Part shown: positions 1-9,065 of the stretch, piece after piece
How positions within the stretch are numbered: the stretch's first letter is position 1
Layout: each line of letters begins with the position of its first letter
Source: an uncultured Mycoplasmatota bacterium
Lineage (GTDB): Bacteria; Bacillota_I; Bacilli_A; RF39; UBA660
DNA length: 64,000 bases
Assembly (NCBI GenBank): GCA_947305065.1
Contig: CAMZCT010000003.1
Coordinates: forward strand, 23,623 to 87,622
Direction of reading: 5' to 3'
The notes under the pieces: model-generated
What the model was told of the DNA's origin: nothing
What the model saw: the letters and a program-made list of their open reading frames with translations, nothing else
Databases searched by the model: none
Program-made: the position numbers and the translations under genes

Positions 1-1
1 T

Positions 2-127
2 ATGATACCTGGTTTAATAAAGATAATTAAAAAGATTAGTAAAAAAATTATAAGTGTTGTTTCTTTGATACTAATTGTTTGTTTTGTACTTGATATGATT
101 GTATATGGTATAATTAAAATGTTGTAA
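2..127 (+). CDS. 3' end of an upstream CDS (hydrophobic C-terminal tail; partial, runs off the window start)
   Basis: Frame 2 is open from the window edge to TAA at 125-127. The translated tail ...IISVVSLILIVCFVLDMIVYGIIKML looks like a TM segment. Too short to identify. Confidence 0.3.
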   Translation: MIPGLIKIIKKISKKIISVVSLILIVCFVLDMIVYGIIKML

Positions 128-145
128 TTTTATTTAGATAAAAAA

Positions 146-174
146 TTGACAGTTGTAAGTTTTAATGTTATTCT
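146..174 (+). promoter_or_regulatory. Putative sigma-A promoter of the trpS leader
   Basis: TTGACA at 146-151, a 17-nt spacer, then an extended -10 TGtTATTCT at 166-174. It lies just upstream of T-box stem I. Confidence 0.5.
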
Positions 175-183
175 ATGTTTGTA

Positions 184-407
184 AATCGATGACTTGGAGT
201 AAGTAGTTACTTAGGGATTTAATAGAGAGTTAGTGTTTGGTGGAAACTAATATGAAGTAAGTAATGAATGGACCAAGGAGAGATTCTAGGAAGATAAGTA
301 TTAGAATCCGGTAGATCTTACCGTTAAAAAAGACATATATGATTGTATATGATATTAGGTGGCACAAGGTTCTTGTCCTATTATTAGGATGGGAATCTTT
401 TTGTTTT
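184..407 (+). promoter_or_regulatory. T-box leader (tRNA-Trp responsive) with intrinsic terminator
   Basis: Stem I has AGAGA and GGTGGAAAC distal motifs. The specifier-loop codon TGG at 269-271 is followed by the conserved A and then the closing stem (CCAAGG pairs with CTTGG). The T-box sequence is AGGTGGCACAAGG (~356-369); its UGGC bulge would pair with a G73 discriminator, as in bacterial tRNA-Trp. The terminator hairpin is GGTTCTTGTCCT/AGGATGGGAATC (368-397) followed by a T-run. Confidence 0.85.
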
Positions 408-489
408 AGGAGATGATAGTATGTTAATTACAAATAAACGATGGTGCACTATTATTAAATAAAAGAATAATAGAAAGAAGGAATTAGAA

Positions 490-1533
490 ATGGGAAATAT
501 AATATTAACAGGAGATAGACCAACAGGAAAACTTCATTTAGGGCATTATGTTGGTAGTTTAAGAAATAGAGTTAGAATGCAAAATGAAGGTAATTATGAC
601 AAAATGTTTGTATTTTTAGCTGATGCCCAAGCATTAACAGATAATTTTGATAATCCCGAAAAGGTTAGGGATAATATTAAAGAAGTAGCTTTGGATTATT
701 TGGCAGTAGGATTAGATCCAGAAAAGTGTACAATTTTTATTCAATCAATGATACCAGAACTTACGGAATTAACTTTTTACTATATGAATTTAGTTACAAT
801 TGCTAGATTGCATAGAAATCCAACTGTTAAATCAGAAATAGAACAAAGGGGTTTTGAAGAAAGTATTCCGGCAGGATTCTTTACTTATCCAGTATCGCAA
901 ACTGCGGATATTACTGGATTTAAAGCTAATTTGGTACCAGTTGGAGAAGATCAAATGCCAATGCTAGAACAAGCAAGAGAAATAGTTAGAAAGTTTAATA
1001 GTATTTATGGGGAAACACTTGTTGAACCAGAAATAGTATTACCGGAAGATGAAAGATGTTATCGTTTAGTTGGTATAGATGGTAATGCGAAAATGAGTAA
1101 GAGTTTAGGTAATTGTATATATTTATCTGATTCAGAAGAAGAAATAAAGAAAAAAGTATTTAGTATGTATACTGATCCTAATCATATTAAAGTAGATGAT
1201 CCTGGTAAAGTAGAAGGTAATGTAGTGTTTACTTATTTAGATATTTTCTGTAGGGAAGATAGCTTTGAAAAGTATTTACCAGAATATAAGAATTTAGATG
1301 AATTAAAAGAGCATTATAGACGTGGTGGTCTTGGAGATATGAAGATAAAGAAATTCTTAAATGATGTACTTCAAGAGGAATTAAAACCTATTAGAGAGAG
1401 AAGAGAAAAGTTTGCTCAAGATATGGATTATGTTTATGATATGCTAAAGAAAGGTACAGAGGAAGCTAGAAAAGTTGCTGCAGAAACTCTTCATGAAGTT
1501 AGAGCAGCAATGAAAATTAATTATTTTGAATAG
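490..1533 (+). CDS. trpS: Tryptophan--tRNA ligase
   Basis: Class I aaRS motifs: GKLHLGHY (HIGH) and KMSKS. ~347 aa, typical of TrpRS. Preceded by a Trp-specific T-box. Confidence 0.95.
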   Translation: MGNIILTGDRPTGKLHLGHYVGSLRNRVRMQNEGNYDKMFVFLADAQALTDNFDNPEKVRDNIKEVALDYLAVGLDPEKCTIFIQSMIPELTELTFYYMNLVTIARLHRNPTVKSEIEQRGFEESIPAGFFTYPVSQTADITGFKANLVPVGEDQMPMLEQAREIVRKFNSIYGETLVEPEIVLPEDERCYRLVGIDGNAKMSKSLGNCIYLSDSEEEIKKKVFSMYTDPNHIKVDDPGKVEGNVVFTYLDIFCREDSFEKYLPEYKNLDELKEHYRRGGLGDMKIKKFLNDVLQEELKPIRERREKFAQDMDYVYDMLKKGTEEARKVAAETLHEVRAAMKINYFE

Positions 1534-1543
1534 GAGAATATAA

Positions 1544-2182
1544 ATGAAATATAATCAAGTAAAGGATGCTAAAAGAATAGTTAATAGTAGTTCTTATTTA
1601 ATTAGTAAACCTTATGAATTAAAGAATAATTGGCGCAATGAATTTGGTAATAATAATCCAATATGTTTAGAACTAGGTATGGGTAGAGGAGAATTCATAA
1701 TTAATATGGCTAAGCAAAATCCCAGAATTAATTACATTGGATTAGAATTAAATGAGTCACAAACTGCAACAGCGGTTAGTAAGATAGGTAAACAAGATAT
1801 ACCTAATTTAAGATTAATATGTGCTGATGCTAAAGATATTGATAAGATGTTTGGTAAAGAAATAGATACTATTTATTTAACTTTTTCTGAACCATGGCCA
1901 AAGCCTATAGATGAAAAGAAGAGATTTACTCATATTAATTATTTAAAACTATATGATAGAATATTTAAAAAAGATAAACATATAGTATTAAAAACTGATA
2001 ATAAAGTATTATTTGCTTATTCATTAGAGACTTTATCTCAGTATTGGTATGAGTTTAAAAGAGTTAGTATGGATTTACATAATGATGAGAGAAAAATACC
2101 TAATATTATGACGGATTGGGAAATTAAATGTAATCATGATAAAAAACAAATTTATTATGTAGATGCAGTATTTGAAGAATAA
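1544..2182 (+). CDS. trmB: tRNA (guanine-N7)-methyltransferase
   Basis: 212 aa. The motifs LELGMGRGEF (SAM binding), FSEPWPK and LKTDN...DLHN are collinear with Bacillus TrmB. Confidence 0.9.
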   Translation: MKYNQVKDAKRIVNSSSYLISKPYELKNNWRNEFGNNNPICLELGMGRGEFIINMAKQNPRINYIGLELNESQTATAVSKIGKQDIPNLRLICADAKDIDKMFGKEIDTIYLTFSEPWPKPIDEKKRFTHINYLKLYDRIFKKDKHIVLKTDNKVLFAYSLETLSQYWYEFKRVSMDLHNDERKIPNIMTDWEIKCNHDKKQIYYVDAVFEE

Positions 2183-2184
2183 AA

Positions 2185-2210
2185 AAGAATATACTTATAT
2201 TCTTTTTTTT
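2185..2210 (+). terminator. Rho-independent terminator after trmB
   Basis: Stem AAGAATAT/ATATTCTT (2185-2192 / 2197-2204), a 4-nt loop, then a T-run to 2210. Confidence 0.7.
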
Positions 2211-2445
2211 ATAAGATTGAATATTCAGCTTCATTTGGGGTGATGCATACATGAAACGGGTGTCGTAAGAGAATTTGTCACAAACATATAGATAAATATA
2301 TCTGATTTTAGAGAAATAATCTAAATTATTTGTGGCAAAGAATTCTTCGATTTCATCAATTATATTCATCTTTCTGTTAAAATATCTATAAAATAGTTTA
2401 TTTTTTAGTAGTAAAATGATACAATTAAAACAATAGGTGAGTTTT

Positions 2446-5400
2446 ATGAAGATTAGTAAAATTAAATACTATATTTGGATAATACCAATTATAGTAGTTG
2501 TTACATTATTTGTTCTAGGAATTAGGGATAGTAGGGGCGCTAAAACAGTAGACATCAATAAGGTTTTAAAGACAGATGCCTATTCTTATTTATCTGAACC
2601 TGCTAAAGAATATATAAAAGAAATTTATGAAAAAACTGGAAACGTATTGTTAACGGAAAAGAATAAGGAGGTTAATAAACCTTATTTAAATCCTATGTAC
2701 GTTAAGTACTTATCTTATAGTGAAGAAGAAAAGGAAGAAGAGGGTGTAGTTCCATTTTCTTTAAGAGTAGATTATCAAGATACTGAAGATGTTCAAGAAG
2801 ATACGATACCAACTAGTTATGATTTAAGAAATGTTAATGGAAAAAACTTTGTAACACCAGTAAGGGATCAGGGAGACCTTGGTATTTGTTGGACTTTTGC
2901 TAGTGCAGGAGCTGTTGAATCTCATTTGTTAAAGGAGAGTAATACTAGCTATAGTTCTTCAGCTAAGTTAGTAGCAGAAAGACAAATGGATTATTCTTCA
3001 GCTATTAATGGATTAAAAGATTATGATAGTGAATATGTTTCATTTATAAAAAGAACTCTTGGTTCTGGTGGAAATGTATATATTTCTTCTGTATCAATGG
3101 CAAGTGGAATATCTGTTTTTGATTATAATAATTTTAAAGAGTTTGATGACACTGACTATACTAAAATGGAAATCCAAGATGTCTTAAGCCATGGTAAATC
3201 TACTTATGAACTTAATGGGACAACTTATATGCCTTCAATGACTTATCGTGAATCTACGGATAATCTTACAAATGATGAAAAAGCAGAAAGATTAAATTAT
3301 TTAAATACTGTTAAAAGTTTAATTATGGAAAATGGTGCTGCTTATGTTGCAACGATGATGAGTAATTCTTGTCGTTATAATGATTCTAATTTAAATAATG
3401 TAGTTATTGATGTTTACAACTGTGATCAAGCTGGTGGGCACGCTATGGAAATTATTGGCTGGAATGATAATTACCAATGGTCTTATTGTGCTGATACTAA
3501 ATGGCATAATGCTAATTTAAGTGGATGTAATAATGTCGTATCTGGAAAAGGTGTTTGGATATTAAAAAATTCATGGGGTTCTCAATTACAATATCCATAT
3601 TTAACATATGATTCACTAGAGAGTGATATTGCCTTTATTACTGATATTGCCCCTAAGAGTAATAAAAACTGGGACAACAATTATGTTCTAAGTGATGTTG
3701 ATAATAATATGTATACTTCAAAAACTTATAATCTTAGTTCAACTAATATTAGGGGGGACGAAAAGATAAAGAAGATTAAGTTTCTGACTTTAATGAATGG
3801 GACTTATAATATAACAATTACTAAGAAGGATAATTCAACTGTATCATATACAAAAACACTTGATTTACCTGGTTTAGCTACTGTAGATGTTAGTGGGAAT
3901 GTAGTAGTTGATAGTAATTCAACTATTAAAATATCTTCAACTGATGGTTATTTTATTGATAAAGTATTAGTGTTTACTTCAAATGTTAGTACAACACCAT
4001 TTATAGATGTTTCAGATTTTAATAACGGAGCATATAATGTTGGTTCAAGAAGATTTTATTCGCAAACAAAGAATATTCCTTCATTAAGTGCTATCAATTA
4101 TAAATTATATGATGCTAATAATGTTGATCTAAGCAGTAAATTAACAGTGGAAAATAATCTTGTTGCTGAGAACAACGTTAATCCATTATTAACTTTCTCA
4201 GATGATTTGGTAAGTGGAAGTTATAGAATAGATGTTTTATATAATTCTAATGTTATAGCTACTTTCCAAATTACTTTAGAATCAATGAATGGTTTAGGAA
4301 CGGCTTCTAATCCGTATATAATTACTAATTCAGCACAATTAGATCAAGTGAGAAATAATTTGTCTGCTTATTATGAACTTGGTAATGATATAGATTTAAC
4401 AACTGCCACTAGAGAAGGTGGGGAATTTTATAATAAAAATGATATATGTCCTGATGGATTTGGATGGTCTTCAATAAATGGTTTCACAGGTTCTTTTGAT
4501 GGTAAAGGGCATACTATAAAAGGTTTATATCAGAATAATTCTTTCAGATGTACTGTTGGTAGTGAAGAGTATTATAGTTGGAATAAGTTAAATGGTTTAT
4601 TTGGTTATACTGAAGGTAATGTAACTATAAAGAATTTAGTTCTAGATGATTTTGATATTAATTGTTATGGAGATTATTGTGGAGCTTTAATGACTAAGTA
4701 TTTAGCTAGTATGGATGATTCTTGGAATACTGACTTTAGTGATCAAACTGTTTATACTGCTAATATTCAAAATGTAGTTATTAAAAATAGTCATATAAGA
4801 TCATTTACTGATGATTCAGTACTTAATTCTGGTGGTGGCTTAATAGGTTACATGGAATCCTTATATGGAAATGTTAATATTGAAAATATTTATATTGATA
4901 TAGATAGAGATCTAAAAAATATTTCTAGCAGTGGTTTATTACTTACTAGTATTATGGCTAAAAATAGTAATATTAAGAATATTCGTGTTTTAGGGAATGT
5001 TAATGGTAAATATAATGATGGAAGTGGGGATTCAGTATTAATCTATAATGTCCATGCTAGTAATCCAATTTCTATTAAAAATGTTTTATCAACAGTAAAG
5101 ACAACTAAAACTTTTGGTTCTTTGTTTTATATGGTAAATGGCAGTAATTTAAATCTTAGTGGTGTTAATGGTTTGAAGACTGAGGATAAACCACTATGTA
5201 ATAATAATTGCTCTGTGAATAGTTCTTATGTCAATTTTTATAATAGAAGTACGGAACTATCAGAATTAACAAAGAGAAGTAATTATAATGCATGGGAAGA
5301 CTTTGATACTAATTGGAAATTAGAAACTGTTGATGGAATAGCTAGAATACCAGTATTAAAGATGATGAATTTTGAATACACGAGTATTCCTAACATAAAT

Positions 5401-7452
5401 ATTTCTCAAGTATTAAATACTAAATATAGTATTTATGATTATGTTAGTCCTAAAATAGATGCTGCCAAGGAGATTAGCTTTAGTTCAAATAATACTAATA
5501 TAGTTCAAATTGAAGAAGATGGTACAATCGTTCCTAAAAAGACGGGAAGTACAACTATACATGTTGAAAGTTATTATGATGGATATATTAAAAATGTACC
5601 AATTAATGTTAATTATGTACCTCATTATACAATTGTATTTGATGCTAATGAAGGTACAGGAAGTATGGATCAAGTTGAAGTTCCAGCAGGACAAAATTAT
5701 ACTTTACCAAAAAATGTCTTTGAAAGAGAATTCTATGAATTTAAAGAATGGAATACAAAAGCCGATGGAACTGGTACATCATATAATGATTTAGCACAAA
5801 TCACTGGTTTAAGTGATAAAACTACTTTGAAATTATATGCAATATGGATTGGTGAAGAAAGAGTAGTAACATTTAATCCAAATGGTGGAACAGTTACACC
5901 AACAAGTAAAGTAGTTCGTTATAAAGAAAAATATGGTGAATTACCTATTCCGGTTAGATCAGGTTATGCATTTAATGGTTGGAGTTGTAATAATAGATCA
6001 ATAACTGCTATAGCTACAGTTTCATGTACAGAATTAAAAGCTGGATGGAAATCAAATGCCTTTACGGTTGTATATGATGCTAATGGTGGGGTTGTAGATG
6101 AGAATTATTCTGGTTCCCAACACTTTGCATCTGATACTAAGTTTACTGGTATGTATAGCACTACTAGTACATATAATAGTACAAGTGAAAATCCTTTTGT
6201 AAGGACAGGTTATAAGTTTAAAGAATGGAATACAAAAGCCGATGGAACTGGTGACGGTTATAAAGCTTCTTCTAAATATACTATTAATCAAACAGTAGAA
6301 GAAATGTTCTATTTATATGCGATATGGGAAGAAACTTCTTATACCATTCACTTTAATGCAAACGGTGGAACAGGAACGATGAATGATTATGTTTATTCAA
6401 CTAGTGAATCCGGTGTTTTACCAGCAAATACTTTTACGAAAACAAATTATATTTTCAAAAAATGGTGTACAAACGCTGATGGTACAGGAACTTGTCTTAA
6501 TGATCAAGCTACTATAACTAATTTGTTTAGTGATAATGAAGTTGAAAAGACTTTATATGCGATATGGGAAAATAATACTGGTATAGTTGTTACATTTAAT
6601 GCTAACTATGGAACAAATCCAGAAACATCAACTCAAAATATGACGATGAATCAAAATACAATGTTGAATACTAATACATTTATTAGAGATGGGTATAGAT
6701 TTGTAAATTGGAATACAAAAGCTGATGGTACAGGTACTTCTTATAGTAATATGCAAATAGTATCATTTAGTAGTAGTATTACTCTATATGCTATATGGGA
6801 AAATCTTAATGTAGTAGTTACATTTAATGCTAATTATGGTACGAGTCCTACAACTGTAACTCAAACTATACCGAAGAATCAAAGTACTACTTTAAGAGCA
6901 AATTCATTTACAAGAAGTAGTTATAAGTTTGTTAAATGGAATACAAAAGCAAATGGTAGTGGAACATCCTATAATGATAAACAAAGTGTAACGCTAAGTA
7001 GTGATCTTACTTTATATGCTGTTTGGGAAGAAATAATTCCATATGTTATTAATACATATACAGTAGATGAAACTAATTGGTATATAAGTGGTATAAGTGT
7101 GAATACAGATGTTAATACTTTCAAAAGTAAAATAACTCTTGGAAGTGGATATAGTGTAGAAGTTGATACAAAAACAGTTAATAACAAGCAAGTACTATAT
7201 ACGGGTGGAAAAACTAAAATTAAGAATGGTTCTACAGTATATAGAGAATTTACGAATATTGTAACAGGAGAAACTAGTGGTGATGGTGTTATAAATTCTG
7301 CTGATTTACTTAAAATAGTAAAACATTTAAAAGGTACAGCAGTTTTGGCGGGCGCTTATTTTAAATCTGCAGATTGTAACAAAGATAATACAATTAATTC
7401 TGCGGACCTTATGAAAATAGTTAAGTTCTTAAAGGGCACTGGTACGTTGTAG
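2446..7452 (+). CDS. Giant secreted or cell-surface multidomain protein: papain-like C1 cysteine peptidase + GLUG-type beta-helix + Big_2 + 6 Listeria-Bacteroides (Flg_new) repeats + C-terminal dockerin
   Basis: N-terminal signal anchor. C1 catalytic motifs are DQGDLGICWTFAS (Cys codon at 2887-2889), GGHAMEIIGW (His codon at 3439-3441) and ILKNSWG. GLGTASNPYIITNSAQLDQVRNNL...FTGSFDGKGHTIKGL...GGGLIG is the typical start and GLUG motif of adhesin beta-helices. ISFSSNNTNIVQIEEDGTIVPKKTGSTTIHV is Big_2-like. Six F(D/N)ANGGT...(F/Y)KEWNTKADGTGTSY...LYAIWE repeats follow. The dockerin is at the C-terminus. Start placed at ATG 2446 (RBS AGGTGA at 2435-2440) rather than the GTG at 2437 in the ORF track. 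Confidence 0.85.
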   Translation: MKISKIKYYIWIIPIIVVVTLFVLGIRDSRGAKTVDINKVLKTDAYSYLSEPAKEYIKEIYEKTGNVLLTEKNKEVNKPYLNPMYVKYLSYSEEEKEEEGVVPFSLRVDYQDTEDVQEDTIPTSYDLRNVNGKNFVTPVRDQGDLGICWTFASAGAVESHLLKESNTSYSSSAKLVAERQMDYSSAINGLKDYDSEYVSFIKRTLGSGGNVYISSVSMASGISVFDYNNFKEFDDTDYTKMEIQDVLSHGKSTYELNGTTYMPSMTYRESTDNLTNDEKAERLNYLNTVKSLIMENGAAYVATMMSNSCRYNDSNLNNVVIDVYNCDQAGGHAMEIIGWNDNYQWSYCADTKWHNANLSGCNNVVSGKGVWILKNSWGSQLQYPYLTYDSLESDIAFITDIAPKSNKNWDNNYVLSDVDNNMYTSKTYNLSSTNIRGDEKIKKIKFLTLMNGTYNITITKKDNSTVSYTKTLDLPGLATVDVSGNVVVDSNSTIKISSTDGYFIDKVLVFTSNVSTTPFIDVSDFNNGAYNVGSRRFYSQTKNIPSLSAINYKLYDANNVDLSSKLTVENNLVAENNVNPLLTFSDDLVSGSYRIDVLYNSNVIATFQITLESMNGLGTASNPYIITNSAQLDQVRNNLSAYYELGNDIDLTTATREGGEFYNKNDICPDGFGWSSINGFTGSFDGKGHTIKGLYQNNSFRCTVGSEEYYSWNKLNGLFGYTEGNVTIKNLVLDDFDINCYGDYCGALMTKYLASMDDSWNTDFSDQTVYTANIQNVVIKNSHIRSFTDDSVLNSGGGLIGYMESLYGNVNIENIYIDIDRDLKNISSSGLLLTSIMAKNSNIKNIRVLGNVNGKYNDGSGDSVLIYNVHASNPISIKNVLSTVKTTKTFGSLFYMVNGSNLNLSGVNGLKTEDKPLCNNNCSVNSSYVNFYNRSTELSELTKRSNYNAWEDFDTNWKLETVDGIARIPVLKMMNFEYTSIPNINISQVLNTKYSIYDYVSPKIDAAKEISFSSNNTNIVQIEEDGTIVPKKTGSTTIHVESYYDGYIKNVPINVNYVPHYTIVFDANEGTGSMDQVEVPAGQNYTLPKNVFEREFYEFKEWNTKADGTGTSYNDLAQITGLSDKTTLKLYAIWIGEERVVTFNPNGGTVTPTSKVVRYKEKYGELPIPVRSGYAFNGWSCNNRSITAIATVSCTELKAGWKSNAFTVVYDANGGVVDENYSGSQHFASDTKFTGMYSTTSTYNSTSENPFVRTGYKFKEWNTKADGTGDGYKASSKYTINQTVEEMFYLYAIWEETSYTIHFNANGGTGTMNDYVYSTSESGVLPANTFTKTNYIFKKWCTNADGTGTCLNDQATITNLFSDNEVEKTLYAIWENNTGIVVTFNANYGTNPETSTQNMTMNQNTMLNTNTFIRDGYRFVNWNTKADGTGTSYSNMQIVSFSSSITLYAIWENLNVVVTFNANYGTSPTTVTQTIPKNQSTTLRANSFTRSSYKFVKWNTKANGSGTSYNDKQSVTLSSDLTLYAVWEEIIPYVINTYTVDETNWYISGISVNTDVNTFKSKITLGSGYSVEVDTKTVNNKQVLYTGGKTKIKNGSTVYREFTNIVTGETSGDGVINSADLLKIVKHLKGTAVLAGAYFKSADCNKDNTINSADLMKIVKFLKGTGTL
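5626..7032 (+). repeat. Six tandem Listeria-Bacteroides (Flg_new-type) repeat modules within the giant surface protein
   Basis: ~70-95-aa modules, each starting (Y/V)T(I/V)xF(D/N)(A/P)N(G/E/Y)G and ending LYA(I/V)W. A 36-nt stretch, tttaaagaatggaatacaaaagccgatggaactggt, is identical at 5740-5775 and 6217-6252. Confidence 0.85.
7267..7449 (+). other. Type I dockerin-like module (two Ca-binding EF-hand-like segments)
   Basis: SGDGVINSADLLKIVKHLKG and DCNKDNTINSADLMKIVKFLKG form the duplicated D-x-[ND]-x-[DN]-x-x-[IV]N-x-x-D-L-x-x-[IL]-x-x signature, located at the extreme C-terminus. Confidence 0.75.
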
Positions 7453-7464
7453 AAGAAAGGTGAT

Positions 7465-8952
7465 ATGATGAAGAATAAAATAATAAAAGGGGTAGTATTA
7501 ATTTTAATAAGTGTGTTTATGCCTTCTTTGGTATTGGCAGCTAGTGCCAGTATTTCTGCAAGTAAGACAAGTGCTTATGTAGGAGAATCTGTTACAGTTA
7601 CAGTTAATTGCTATGCTGGTACATGGAATCTGTCAGTTAGTGGGGCTGTTAACGATTCGATTGTTGGGTTTAACATGGATGGGAACACTAGTTGTTCAAA
7701 ATCTTATACTTTGACAGCTAGTTCACCAACTACACAAACAGTTAGATTGTCTGGTGATATTACAGATTATGATACTGATGTTACTTCTTATCCATCAGGA
7801 TCTGTTTCCGTAACTTTTACTAATCGTCTAGCGGCTCCAACTCCAGATCCAACGCCGACCCCAACACCGACTCCAACACCAACGCCAACCCCAACACCGA
7901 CTAAACCAACAACTCCTACAACACCAAGTAAAAAAGATGAACCAAAAAAATCTAATAATACCAATATAAAAGCTATATCTGTAGAGGGTTATAATTTAGA
8001 AACTACAGATAATGTTAATTATTATTTATCAGTTAACAATCAAGTTGATAAACTAGTAATTAATGCTGTAGCAGAAGATGGTAAAGCTACTATAGCTGGT
8101 ACTGGAACACATGTATTATTGGTTGGTGAGAATACTTTTAAAATTATAGTTACAGCTGAAGATGGTACAAAGAAAGAGTATGTAGTTAGAGTTTATAGAA
8201 AAAAAGATAAGTTCTATTTAGAAGATTTAAAAGACGCTATCAGTAATGAAGGTGATAGTGTTGAGATAATACTTAAAGATAATGATGTTATTAGTAAAGA
8301 AAATATAAACGTAATAAAAGATAGCAATAAAACCATAAAATTTATTAAGTATGATGAAAACAATAAAGAAGTATATAGTTTCACTATTAATGGTAAAGAT
8401 TTAAAAGATAATGAAATAGATACAATGTTTACTATTGAAACTAATGGTATTAAATTTAAGAATAAATATAATTATGATAAAGGTATTAATATTATATTTA
8501 ATTCTAAAAAGAGTTTACCTAAGGGGACTAAATTTAGATTATATGTAGGTGACCAATTTAAAGATACTGTGGAATTATATGCATATAATGATAGTAAATC
8601 TACAAGTACTAAGATTGGTGATGGATTAAAAGTAGTAAATGGTTATGTAGAATTTACTATTAATAACGAATATGATTATTTACTTAGAGATAAAGCAATT
8701 GTTGTTAAACCAGTAGAAAAGAAAGAAAAGAAATCTACTAAAATAAATCCATTTATGATTATTTCTATAGTTGAAGGTTTAATAATTATTGGTGGTATAA
8801 TATTCTTCATTATTTATAAGAAAAAGAATGATAAGAATAAGATAGAAGAGCAACCAGTAGTAAATACTAATGTAGAAGAAACTAACAATAGTATTGAACA
8901 ACCAATTAGTGAAGAAGTAGAATTACCAAAAAGAGTGGATGATAAAGAATAA
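7465..8952 (+). CDS. Membrane-anchored surface protein: signal peptide, Ig-like N-domain, Pro/Thr linker, cadherin-like beta-sandwich domain, C-terminal TM anchor
   Basis: Signal peptide MMKNKIIKGVVLILISVFMPSLVLA. (PT)n linker. NIKAISVEGYNLE...GENTFKIIVTAEDGTKKEYVVRVYR matches the cadherin-like beta-sandwich pattern. C-terminal hydrophobic helix IISIVEGLIIIGGIIFFIIY is followed by KKKNDK. Confidence 0.7.
   Translation: MMKNKIIKGVVLILISVFMPSLVLAASASISASKTSAYVGESVTVTVNCYAGTWNLSVSGAVNDSIVGFNMDGNTSCSKSYTLTASSPTTQTVRLSGDITDYDTDVTSYPSGSVSVTFTNRLAAPTPDPTPTPTPTPTPTPTPTPTKPTTPTTPSKKDEPKKSNNTNIKAISVEGYNLETTDNVNYYLSVNNQVDKLVINAVAEDGKATIAGTGTHVLLVGENTFKIIVTAEDGTKKEYVVRVYRKKDKFYLEDLKDAISNEGDSVEIILKDNDVISKENINVIKDSNKTIKFIKYDENNKEVYSFTINGKDLKDNEIDTMFTIETNGIKFKNKYNYDKGINIIFNSKKSLPKGTKFRLYVGDQFKDTVELYAYNDSKSTSTKIGDGLKVVNGYVEFTINNEYDYLLRDKAIVVKPVEKKEKKSTKINPFMIISIVEGLIIIGGIIFFIIYKKKNDKNKIEEQPVVNTNVEETNNSIEQPISEEVELPKRVDDKE
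7846..7905 (+). repeat. Imperfect CCAACN hexamer / 30-nt tandem repeat encoding the (Pro-Thr)n linker
   Basis: ccaacgccgaccccaacaccgact (7849-7872) recurs with one mismatch at 7879-2 nt later range 7879-7902. This is a local GC-rich island in AT-rich DNA. Confidence 0.8.
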
Positions 8953-8981
8953 AAGTCTTTAAAAAAGACTTTTTCTTTTTT
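8951..8981 (+). terminator. Rho-independent terminator
   Basis: Stem AAAAGTCTTT/AAAGACTTTT with a 3-nt loop, followed by a T-rich run. Confidence 0.7.
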
Positions 8982-9065
8982 GTGTAAATGCAATGTAATC
9001 TTTACAAAAAAATATCTAGTACATAGTATTGAGTGTTATATAATAAAAATAAGATAGGTGATAGT

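Noticed and set aside
2124-2369. 81-aa minus-strand ORF between trmB and the surface-protein gene. Its N-terminal part (EEFFATNNLDYFSKIRYIYLYVCDKFSYD) resembles the start of transglutaminase-like proteins
   Set aside because: The frame runs through the trmB terminator hairpin and 59 nt into trmB, and the RBS is weak. At best it is a truncated remnant of a longer gene, so it is not called as a functional CDS.
5485-7187. ORF-track entries 5485..5694(-), 5510..5794(+), 6052..6291(-) and 6969..7187(-), all inside the giant surface-protein gene
   Set aside because: They lie wholly within a strongly supported 5-kb CDS. Their products are low-complexity Ile/Phe/Tyr-rich, typical of off-frame and antisense translation of AT-rich coding DNA. 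None has an RBS.
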